A stretch of DNA of 55,091 nt from contig DATENE010000063.1 in assembly GCA_035275205.1 (NCBI GenBank), positions 1-55,091 of the forward strand. Reading direction: 5' to 3'. This DNA comes from Nitrospiraceae bacterium (GTDB taxonomy: Bacteria > Nitrospirota > Nitrospiria > Nitrospirales > Nitrospiraceae). Every line of letters begins with the position of its first letter. Positions within the stretch are counted from its first letter, which is position 1. This document shows positions 1 to 7,615 of the stretch, in pieces. The translations under genes and the position numbers were made by a program. The notes under the pieces were generated by a model. That model ran no database searches. It saw only the letters and a list, made by a program, of their open reading frames with translations, and was not told where the DNA came from.

Positions 1-125
1 ATACTGTTTACGCGGCATCCCTTGGCTGAAATGTTTCGTACAGACCCAGCATGGTGGAACTGATCCTTATGTACCAAGGTGCTGGAGAGCGACACGGAAA
101 ATCTTGGATACTTTCTGGTGACCAT
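1..125 (-). CDS. PilZ-domain protein, N-terminal fragment (gene continues past the window edge)
   Basis: Not in the ORF track because it is open at the edge. Minus-strand ATG at 125 reads MVTRKYPRFSVSLSSTLVHKDQFHHAGSVRNISAKGCRVNS. It has PilZ RxxxR (RKYPR) and (D/N)xSxxG (NISAKG) motifs and closely parallels the neighbouring 146..463 product. No clear SD. Confidence 0.5.
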   Translation of the reverse strand, partial: MVTRKYPRFSVSLSSTLVHKDQFHHAGSVRNISAKGCRVNS

Positions 126-145
126 AGCTGTGTTTTGCGCGATTC

Positions 146-463
146 CTATGCAGCGATGTTCACTTGGGTTGCCAGAAACTGTTCCAGGCGCGCTCGTTCC
201 AGCTCCTGCATCTCAAGAAATTCTATCCCAAACTCGAGGTCCAGTTTCCATCGAATTGTGGCGGCTCGAATGGTGATGGCACGAGTCTGATCTGGAATAT
301 GGAGCTGCACGGCAAGGAGAGAGCCGTTGTGTACAGCAAGATCGCTCACGACCTTACAACCACCTATTCCTAGGTTATAGACGATCCCTATCCCTGCATG
401 GTCACCCGCGAATGCAGCAGGGAGTTCCACCTGGTAGCGAATGTGCTGCCTCTGTTCCCTCAT
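146..463 (-). CDS. Stand-alone PilZ-domain protein (putative c-di-GMP receptor)
   Basis: 105-aa ORF. N-terminal RQHIR (RxxxR-like) and NLGIGGCKV (D/N-x-S/G-x-x-G) motifs. Same architecture as 36533..36871. Confidence 0.7.
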   Translation of the reverse strand: MREQRQHIRYQVELPAAFAGDHAGIGIVYNLGIGGCKVVSDLAVHNGSLLAVQLHIPDQTRAITIRAATIRWKLDLEFGIEFLEMQELERARLEQFLATQVNIAA

Positions 464-717
464 ATCGGCACCTTCAAATGTTATCCGCTTCTTAAAGAGA
501 CCTCGATGTTGAGGCTCCCGCCGGCATTACTTCCGTCTCAGGAAAGGCTAGTCGGTGAATGGGTAGTTGTCAAAGAAATAGAGATCTTTCGAAGTGCAGC
601 TCCTGTAAGTTGGGGGCGCCGTAGGTGATGGTCAGTCGGATAGCGCTCTGTGGGCCGTGGTGCAAGTTAAGCAGAAGGGTGGGGAAGCTCGGAGGTTCAG
701 ACAACTATGACGGATGA

Positions 718-1584
718 GTGTCGGATTCTGCGGCAACTGTTGGTGCATCGGCCACAGCACGTATTCGGCCTGATCGCCATTTGATTTTCGGCGGACGCGC
801 TTCTAGAATGCCGCCATTGGACTACGTTGCGATGCCCACCATCTCTGACTCACGAACATCCTCTCAGCGTAAGAGGAAGAGATCGAAGAAGTCCCCTGGC
901 CTCGACGCCTCACAGAAACGCCGTTTTCAGATTCGGTTGCTAAAGTGGTACGAGAAACACGGCCGTGATCTGCCTTGGCGAAAGACCTCCGACCCCTATC
1001 ACATTCTGGTCTCTGAAGTGATGTTGCAACAGACTCAGGTCGATCGGGTGATTCCGAAGTATCACGAGTTTCTAGACCGCTACCCAAGCTTTGAAGAGTT
1101 GGCCGATGCCCCGGTCTCGGATGTAAAGAAGACGTGGTACCCGTTAGGCTATAACATTCGGCCGGAGCGATTACATAGTATCGCGTGTGAGACAGTGGAG
1201 CGATATGGAGGCCATCTTCCAAGTGATGCGGATGAATTGCTGTCGTTCAAGGGAATTGGACGTTACACAGCCGGTGCGATTCGGTCGTTCGCATTCAACG
1301 AAGATGCGCCGATCCTGGACACGAATGTCATTCGAGTCCTTCATCGGGTGTTCATGGCAAAGGGCGATCCCAAGACTCAAAAGGCGAGGCTCTGGCAATT
1401 GTCGGAAGCCCTAATTCCGAGCGGGAAGGGCTATGACTTCAATCAGGCGATCATGGATTTTGGGGCGACCTGCTGCACGGCAAGGAGTCCTTCCTGTCGG
1501 CAATGCCCAATGAAGTCACTTTGCAAGACGTACCCCTTCGAGCAGAAGTCGCGAAGAGCGACGGTGCGGCATGAAGGTCGTTGA
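718..1584 (+). CDS. mutY: MutY-type adenine DNA glycosylase, catalytic core only (HhH-GPD plus 4Fe-4S loop)
   Basis: 288-aa ORF with GTG at 718; the true start may be an internal Met (MPPLDY or MPTISD). Motifs: LPWR, QQTQV, HhH GIGRYTAGAI (no Nth-type Lys), LDTNVIRVL catalytic Asp, and cluster loop C-x6-C-x2-C-x5-C (CTARSPSCRQCPMKSLC). It ends about 19 aa after the last Cys, so the C-terminal NUDIX-like MutY domain is absent. Confidence 0.85.
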   Translation: MSDSAATVGASATARIRPDRHLIFGGRASRMPPLDYVAMPTISDSRTSSQRKRKRSKKSPGLDASQKRRFQIRLLKWYEKHGRDLPWRKTSDPYHILVSEVMLQQTQVDRVIPKYHEFLDRYPSFEELADAPVSDVKKTWYPLGYNIRPERLHSIACETVERYGGHLPSDADELLSFKGIGRYTAGAIRSFAFNEDAPILDTNVIRVLHRVFMAKGDPKTQKARLWQLSEALIPSGKGYDFNQAIMDFGATCCTARSPSCRQCPMKSLCKTYPFEQKSRRATVRHEGR

Positions 1585-1975
1585 AGTCGCTGCCGGTCTT
1601 GTTTATCGTGAGGGCCGCTACTTGATCGCCCGGCGGAATCCGGGCGTGCACTTGGCAGGTTTCTGGGAGTTTCCAGGTGGAAAGTGCGAGCCGGGTGAAA
1701 CATTGGAAGCATGTTTACGGCGGGAGTTATTCGAGGAGCTGGGTATCCGTATCGACGTGCCGATACCCTTTCAGATGATTCGGCACGAGTATCCAGAGAA
1801 AACTGTGGAACTGCATTTCTTCCGTTGCCGGATCGAAGCCGGGCAGGCCACAGCCATCGACTGCGCGGAAATTCGTTGGGTCTGGCCGCACGAGTTGGGC
1901 GACTTTGAATTTCCTCCAGCGGACCGTCCGATCATAGAAGCCCTACAGCAACAGAGTATAGAGCAGACTCTATGA
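1571..1975 (+). CDS. mutT: NUDIX hydrolase, MutT-like (8-oxo-dGTP diphosphatase type)
   Basis: 134 aa. The start overlaps the mutY stop by 14 nt. Intact NUDIX box GGKCEPGETLEACLRRELFEELGI. EFPGGK and C-terminal FPPADRPII parallel E. coli MutT. Confidence 0.85.
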   Translation: MKVVEVAAGLVYREGRYLIARRNPGVHLAGFWEFPGGKCEPGETLEACLRRELFEELGIRIDVPIPFQMIRHEYPEKTVELHFFRCRIEAGQATAIDCAEIRWVWPHELGDFEFPPADRPIIEALQQQSIEQTL

Positions 1976-2688
1976 AGGTCGTCCTAGATATAGAGACTAT
2001 TCAAGCGCCTCGGGAAGAATGGGCGCGGCTGGTGGGGAGGCTTCCATCAAGCAGCGGATCTGCGCCGGCAGGCGAGGGGTACGATTTGTTTACGGCCGGG
2101 GCTGCCGAAGCTCAACGACATGTCGAGGATGAACAGTATGCAAAGTCTGCCTTCGACGCTACGTATAGCCAGATTGTCTGTATCGGCCTGTTGGAATTCT
2201 CCGACCAACTCGAGCCGCGTGGGTCGATAGCCTGGTATGGCGGGGATGAGCGGGAGTTGCTGCGACAATTCTGGAGCCGTTTGGCCCAGAACCGCCCGTC
2301 GCTATTCATTACTCATAACGGTCTGGGCTTCGACCTGCCGTTTATTAAGAAGCGATCGATCATCCATCAAGTCAAGCCAAGCCTGGACGTCAACCTCGCC
2401 AAGTTCCGCACGGAACCGGTGTACGACACTATGGCGATCTGGAGTAATTGGGATACGCGTGGATGGGTGAAACTTGACGTGCTGGCGCGAGCACTGAACG
2501 TCGAAACCAAGTCGGGTAGCGGTGCTCAGGTGGCTGAGATGTGGGAGAAGGGACAAGGGATTGAGTTGGCTCGGTACTGCCTACAAGATACCTATGTGAC
2601 GTATGCCTGTTATTGCCGGATGAATTTCCGGCAGCCTTTGTCCAGTGACGTGGTCTTGCTCCAGCCGGAATTACTGAATGTCAGTTGA
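1972..2688 (+). CDS. Stand-alone DEDDy 3'-5' exonuclease, PolB-exonuclease-like (RNase H fold)
   Basis: 238 aa. ATGA start/stop overlap with mutT. Motifs: ExoI DIET, ExoII HNGLGFDLPF, ExoIII YCLQD (Y-x3-D). The family (COG3298-type) is assigned from memory of its motifs. Confidence 0.7.
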   Translation: MKVVLDIETIQAPREEWARLVGRLPSSSGSAPAGEGYDLFTAGAAEAQRHVEDEQYAKSAFDATYSQIVCIGLLEFSDQLEPRGSIAWYGGDERELLRQFWSRLAQNRPSLFITHNGLGFDLPFIKKRSIIHQVKPSLDVNLAKFRTEPVYDTMAIWSNWDTRGWVKLDVLARALNVETKSGSGAQVAEMWEKGQGIELARYCLQDTYVTYACYCRMNFRQPLSSDVVLLQPELLNVS

Positions 2689-2693
2689 GGCAG

Positions 2694-3635
2694 CTAGCGT
2701 GTCCGAGATGCCTGTGCCGATTTCTTTTTCGGTGTCGATTTAGCAGATACCTTGGTCAGCCTGAGCGCTTTGATTTCCTCGTTGCGGTCCCGCAATTCGC
2801 GCTTCATCCATTCCGATTCCTTGCGAAGCATTTTGATCTCGGAGTCCTTCTTCGCCAGAACCTCCTGTGCTACCTTCACGTCGCTGAGCTTTTGAGCTAA
2901 AAACTCGTCCTCTCCCGCGCTGCTGGAGACTACCGGAGCTTTCGCCGGGGCGGCCACCATCTTCGCCGGAGCAGGCGCCACCATTATCGGCGCAATTGGA
3001 ATGATCGGCGTGGATTTTGCCATCGGCATGGTAGCGGGCATTGGGGCATTGGCCAGTGCATGATAGTCGATGATCATTGTTGTGACACCGCGTGCACCGC
3101 CGGCAACATAGGCCTGAGCCGGTTCGATGCGTGCAGCCGATTCAGGCATGAAACCCGTCGGCTCGGCGCCTTTTTGAATGGTCACGTAAATCGATCCTTT
3201 TTGCACATAAATACTGCCCGTGGTGGGTTCAGCGCCTGACCCTGCCGATGAGGATACGCGGAATCCGACAAGCTGTTCGGGTTTCGCCTTGGATAGACCT
3301 TGGGCGAGCAGGGGGGAGAGAAATTCTGCATCCTCATCGCTGAAAATTCTCATCGGCGTGCTGCCACCAGCGGACATTCTCGAAGATCCGCTCATGTCGT
3401 CATTGCGATATAACCCTTTCACGATCTTTGCGATGGTTAGTTGATCGATCACGGCGGGATGACTGGCTTCATACGACCAATCGCTCACATCTTCCAAGTA
3501 GACGCTGCCCATTGAATTCTGGGCGATTTTTGTCCCACCTGCGCAACCGGTGATGACGAGGGCGCAAGCGGCGATCCCAACGAGGCCCTGCATGAACGGA
3601 CGCTGCATATTTGTTAGCGGGAGGCAGCTCTTCAT
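2694..3635 (-). CDS. Hypothetical lipoprotein with Ala/Pro-rich linker and C-terminal coiled coil
   Basis: Start set at ATG 3635 (MKSCLPL...), preceded by GAAGGAG 7 nt upstream; the track ORF extends to 3755. Signal peptide plus lipobox LVITGCAG. The C-terminus (EIKMLRKESEWMKRELRDRNEEIKALR) is heptad-like and Lys-rich. Confidence 0.65.
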   Translation of the reverse strand: MKSCLPLTNMQRPFMQGLVGIAACALVITGCAGGTKIAQNSMGSVYLEDVSDWSYEASHPAVIDQLTIAKIVKGLYRNDDMSGSSRMSAGGSTPMRIFSDEDAEFLSPLLAQGLSKAKPEQLVGFRVSSSAGSGAEPTTGSIYVQKGSIYVTIQKGAEPTGFMPESAARIEPAQAYVAGGARGVTTMIIDYHALANAPMPATMPMAKSTPIIPIAPIMVAPAPAKMVAAPAKAPVVSSSAGEDEFLAQKLSDVKVAQEVLAKKDSEIKMLRKESEWMKRELRDRNEEIKALRLTKVSAKSTPKKKSAQASRTR

Positions 3636-3709
3636 CGCGACACTCCTTCTTTCGGAGCAGTTGGTGTGATTATTCTGGGTGAGACGCAACGTTGATGTGC
3701 CAAGGGGAA

Positions 3710-3841
3710 TTACCAGATTCCCAGGCCCATCAGCGCCATACTCAGCGCAATCCATCCGAAAAGTCCCATCGCAATGATGGTTTCCAGGCTTATGGAGGTA
3801 TCCGCCTTTTCTTTCACGTTGTCCTGTTGATTCTTGATCAT
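3710..3841 (-). CDS. Possible 43-aa single-pass membrane peptide
   Basis: Below the ORF-track cutoff. Hand translation: MIKNQQDNVKEKADTSISLETIIAMGLFGWIALSMALMGLGIW, stop TAA at 3710-3712. GGAG lies 6 nt upstream of the ATG. Hydrophobic C-terminal helix. Directly upstream of the lipoprotein gene on the same strand. Confidence 0.35.
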   Translation of the reverse strand: MIKNQQDNVKEKADTSISLETIIAMGLFGWIALSMALMGLGIW

Positions 3842-4260
3842 GCCCGTCTCCAAGTGAGTGAGGTTGTCGGTTCCATAGTAGGCGAATTATCGTAAAGCAA
3901 AGATTATGCCTCTAGTTATGATAGAGAGCCTCGGTAATGTATTAGGGCAATAACTGGAGATGGAACACTCAAATGCAGAGTGGATTGTCTAAGCGTTGAT
4001 AAGGATAAACAGGGAGGGTGTTGAGTATAAGTGAATGATAATATTGCGATAAGTTTCTATGCCATGTTGAGTTGCTTCATGGATGCTGAGAAAAGTTTTC
4101 CGGTCTGTCGCGGATCACCATGCGGATGGCAACGGCACATCACTTCGTGAGGGTCGTGGGGCTTCGAGAAAGTCATACACGAATCTTGTTCGGAACTGTT
4201 CGTTTTGGAAGTATTTTCGACAGAAATGATTCCTGGGGAAGGAGGGCGGGTACCAACGAT

Positions 4261-5610
4261 TCAATTCACCGGCGGAGGTTCCGCATACAACGTCGTGGAC
4301 GACGCATCGTAGATGGCAAGGGACAGCATGTCTCCCGGTTGCGAGGCTATCGCGTGCTTGTCCCAGATGACGGTGATATTGCCATCCGATTTTCCCATGC
4401 CTTGCGCGGAGGATCGTTTGGCATCCCCTTCGACCAGGACGGGAACGATCGTCTTAAGATATTCCCGGTTCCGCTCGTAGGAAATACCCCGCTGGAGGTC
4501 GAAGAGTTGCGTGACCCGTTCGGTCTTTACCTGCTCGGAAACATCGTCCGAAAACTTGCGCGCGGCGATGGTATTTTTTCGCTCAGAGTATTTGAAGATA
4601 TACGCCGAATGAAACCGTATTTCTTCGACAAGCCGGTAGGTGTCGGCAAATTCCGCATCGCTCTCGCCACAGAATCCACAAATGATATCGGTGCTGAGGA
4701 CGATGTCCGACCGCAGACTGCGGATACGGTCGACCAAGTTGCGATATTCTTTACTGGTATAGGTTCGATTCATCAGGCCCAGCATGCGGTCACTGCCGGA
4801 TTGCAGGGGTAAATGAATTTGCTTGCAGATGTTGGGGTGGGACACGACGGCTTCCAGCAACGAAAGCGGAAAGTCTTTGGGATGCGGGGACGTGAACCTC
4901 ACCCGGTCGATACCCGGTACATCCGCGACGGCCGTGATCAATCGTGCAAAATCCCAATTGTCGAATCGGTATGAGTTGACGTTTTGTCCAAGGAGGGTGA
5001 TTTGTTTGAATCCCTGCTCGGCAATTCGGCGAGCCTCCTGAACGATTCCCTCTGGGTCGCGAGAGCGCTCACGCCCGCGGGTATAGGGGACCACACAGAA
5101 GCTGCAGAAGTTGTCACAGCCCCGCATGACGGCGATCCAGGCGTTGACCCCATCGTTTCGGTCGGGTATGACATCGTGATAGGTTTCATATTCCGAAAGG
5201 TCGACTGCGAGTCCCTTCTGATCCAACCCCTCTTCTTGTGATTGCATCGCGTTGCGGATCAACATTGGCAGCTGGCGATAGGCATCAGGACCGGCAAGCA
5301 CGTCGATCAGAGGCTGAATGTCCGTCAGTTCCTCTTTCAGGTTTTGCGCCATGCAACCCAAGACGCCCACGACCAAGGGACGTTGCCGCTTGAGTTTCTT
5401 GAGTTCTGATAAGTGTTTGTAGACCTTATTGTGGGCATTTTCGCGAATTGCGCAGGTGTTCATCAGAATCACGTCGGCACGTTCTCGCTCGTCGGTAAAC
5501 ACAAATCCATCCTGCTTCATCAGCGAGCGAACAAGCTCTGAGTCATACTCATTCATCTGACAACCAAAGGTTTCAAGATGCACATGAGTCGTTGTAGATT
5601 TGGTCGTCAT
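4261..5610 (-). CDS. miaB: tRNA-i6A37 methylthiotransferase MiaB
   Basis: MTTase N-domain (HLETFGCQMNEYDSE), radical-SAM CDNFCSFC, TRAM-like C-terminus. Start set at ATG 5610 (MTTKSTT...), which forms an ATGA overlap with the mtaB stop. The track ORF runs to 5667. Confidence 0.9.
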   Translation of the reverse strand: MTTKSTTTHVHLETFGCQMNEYDSELVRSLMKQDGFVFTDERERADVILMNTCAIRENAHNKVYKHLSELKKLKRQRPLVVGVLGCMAQNLKEELTDIQPLIDVLAGPDAYRQLPMLIRNAMQSQEEGLDQKGLAVDLSEYETYHDVIPDRNDGVNAWIAVMRGCDNFCSFCVVPYTRGRERSRDPEGIVQEARRIAEQGFKQITLLGQNVNSYRFDNWDFARLITAVADVPGIDRVRFTSPHPKDFPLSLLEAVVSHPNICKQIHLPLQSGSDRMLGLMNRTYTSKEYRNLVDRIRSLRSDIVLSTDIICGFCGESDAEFADTYRLVEEIRFHSAYIFKYSERKNTIAARKFSDDVSEQVKTERVTQLFDLQRGISYERNREYLKTIVPVLVEGDAKRSSAQGMGKSDGNITVIWDKHAIASQPGDMLSLAIYDASSTTLYAEPPPVN

Positions 5611-6938
5611 AGAACCGGCACTCCTCGCATAGGCTGATGTTCGGCTGTCAGCTGACCCAGCGCCCAACGGTCCGATGCTCCTATAATGCGCACATCGGTT
5701 AGGTGATTGGTGAGGTCGATGTTTGAGGAGACGCCCACTTTCAAAAAGTTTGCTGTGACCCCCAACCTGAAGCCATCCGTCACTCCGGACTCGAAGAGGA
5801 CGGACAGGGTGGATCCGATATACCGTTCTGCAAAGGCCAAGCGTTTGAGGCGGGACAGCTCGGCAAGTATTTTTGCACGTTGTCGAGCGACTGCGATCGG
5901 CACCTGATCGGGCAACTTCGCGGCAGCGGTGCCAGGCCGTTGTGAATAGGTAAAGATATGGAAATAAGAGAAGGGAAGCTCTCGCACGAGATCCAGTGTG
6001 TGCTCGAATGCCTCTTCAGTTTCCCCGGGAAACCCGACCATCAGATCGGTTCCTAGTCCGAGGTGAGGAATCGTTGCCACGGCCCTGCGAATCAGACGAG
6101 TAAACTCCTCGACATTGTACGGGCGATTCATGGCTGACAAGGTAGTGTCGTTTCCGCTCTGCAAGGGGATGTGGAGATAGGGACACAGCTTCGATGAAGA
6201 TGCCATCCGATCTATGAGGGCATTGGTGATCGTCGTCGGCTCTATCGACGAGATCCTTATCCGCTCGAGTCCTTCAATTCCCTCCAATTGTGCGATCAAC
6301 CCAACTAGATCGGTCTCACCCTGGCGATACTGCCCGATGTTGACGCCGGTCAGCACAATCTCTCGATAGCCTCCTGCCACAAGTATCTCGGCTTCTCGGA
6401 TCACGTCATCCAGGAGGCGGCTTCGCTCATGCCCGCGGGCGAAGGGGATGAGACAGAAACTGCACATCACATTGCAACCGTCCTGGATCTTGAGCAGCGC
6501 TCTGGTGGAGTCTGGTTCACCATACTCCGGTAGGGTGAAATCCTCTCGGTCGATGGTGCGGGTATGGAAGAGTTCCGGGTTCGGCTGCTTCTTCAAGTCT
6601 TGGGGGGCTGGAAGAAATGATGGCAAGTCCCATTTGAATTGATTGCCGACGATGAGATCTATTCCGGGTATGGTGCGCAGCTCATGAACGCCGGTCTGGG
6701 CATAACAGCCGGTCACTGCCACAAAGGCATCGGGAGAATGTCTCAATGTCTTCCGGATGACATATCGGCAGGTCCGTTCTGCATCTTCTGTCACGGAGCA
6801 GGTATTGACGACGAGCAAGTCTGTCGGTTCGCCGAATTCGACGACACGGTAGCCATCGCGCTGCAAGCGAGCTGCGAGCACGGCTGTCTCTGCCTGGTTC
6901 AGCCGGCAGCCAAGTGTGTGAAGAGAGGCGCGTTTCAT
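5607..6938 (-). CDS. mtaB: MiaB-like methylthiotransferase, MtaB type (tRNA t6A37)
   Basis: 443 aa. LHTLGCRLNQAETA N-domain, radical-SAM CNVMCSFC, TRAM-like C-terminus. The subfamily call (MtaB versus RimO) rests only on the N-terminal motif style. Confidence 0.8.
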   Translation of the reverse strand: MKRASLHTLGCRLNQAETAVLAARLQRDGYRVVEFGEPTDLLVVNTCSVTEDAERTCRYVIRKTLRHSPDAFVAVTGCYAQTGVHELRTIPGIDLIVGNQFKWDLPSFLPAPQDLKKQPNPELFHTRTIDREDFTLPEYGEPDSTRALLKIQDGCNVMCSFCLIPFARGHERSRLLDDVIREAEILVAGGYREIVLTGVNIGQYRQGETDLVGLIAQLEGIEGLERIRISSIEPTTITNALIDRMASSSKLCPYLHIPLQSGNDTTLSAMNRPYNVEEFTRLIRRAVATIPHLGLGTDLMVGFPGETEEAFEHTLDLVRELPFSYFHIFTYSQRPGTAAAKLPDQVPIAVARQRAKILAELSRLKRLAFAERYIGSTLSVLFESGVTDGFRLGVTANFLKVGVSSNIDLTNHLTDVRIIGASDRWALGQLTAEHQPMRGVPVL

Positions 6939-6955
6939 GATAGTTGGCCATTATA

Positions 6956-6988
6956 GGGAGATCCTTGCTATGGGAGCAAGGATCTCCC
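6956..6988. repeat. Perfect 14-bp inverted repeat with 5-nt loop, between divergent genes
   Basis: GGGAGATCCTTGCT (6956-6969), loop ATGGG, AGCAAGGATCTCCC (6975-6988). It lies 18 nt upstream of the mtaB start codon. No flanking T-run on either strand. Confidence 0.6.
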
Positions 6989-7038
6989 ACGCGATCTTCA
7001 CACCGCTGGCTGCCCTCGGTTGAAGGCCGTAGAAAGCC

Positions 7039-7500
7039 ATGGTAGAGTTTGCCGGCCCACCGAGCCCATTGATTGATTGTGAGTCTCTCGTGACACCTTC
7101 TCAGTTGGGGGCGTCCATCTTCATAGTATCGCTCCTCCTCTTTCTTCCTGTGTCCGGTGGGTGGACGAAGGAGGTCCTTCCTCGGGAACCTGACCTCGTG
7201 ACAAGGATTGACGAGCACTACGATCACGAGGCGCGGCTCTTCTTGATGTTGTATTCGCTCAATGGTACGGGGAAAGTCGATTACGTCACTGGCCGGTTGG
7301 TCCTGGAATATGCCCGGAGCAGTTACGGGAATCCGGTGTACCAAACGGAGGCGTACCCCTTGTTCTACTGGTGGAATCACACCATGTATAACGATCCGGA
7401 GCAGGATGGTGTGAACGGCAACGAACGGGTGTACCAAGAAAACGTGGAGTTTGATATTTCTCGCTACAAGCCCTGCACCTTTAATGGACAACCCTGCTGA
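7039..7500 (+). CDS. Hypothetical secreted or membrane-anchored protein
   Basis: 153-aa ORF with a hydrophobic N-terminal segment (GASIFIVSLLLFLPVSGG) and natural-looking codon usage. The start is uncertain (ATG 7039 or internal GTG). The overlapping minus ORF 6682..7491 also overlaps mtaB and looks spurious. Confidence 0.45.
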   Translation: MVEFAGPPSPLIDCESLVTPSQLGASIFIVSLLLFLPVSGGWTKEVLPREPDLVTRIDEHYDHEARLFLMLYSLNGTGKVDYVTGRLVLEYARSSYGNPVYQTEAYPLFYWWNHTMYNDPEQDGVNGNERVYQENVEFDISRYKPCTFNGQPC

Positions 7501-7615
7501 GGTTCGATACGCCGCTATCTGGAGGTCTTCTCCGCTGTCTCTCTGACCTGCCGCTCTTACCTCTCGATAGATTAGATTTCGAGAATGTCCTGAGCTACCA
7601 CTCCATTCCGATGAT

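Noticed and set aside
1571-1584. The mutY/mutT 14-nt overlap as a frameshift or pseudogenised full-length MutY.
   Set aside because: The downstream ORF has its own Met and a catalytically intact NUDIX box, and it aligns with MutT rather than with the degenerate NUDIX-like MutY C-domain. Two genuine genes is the simpler reading. The functional implication is kept as a finding.
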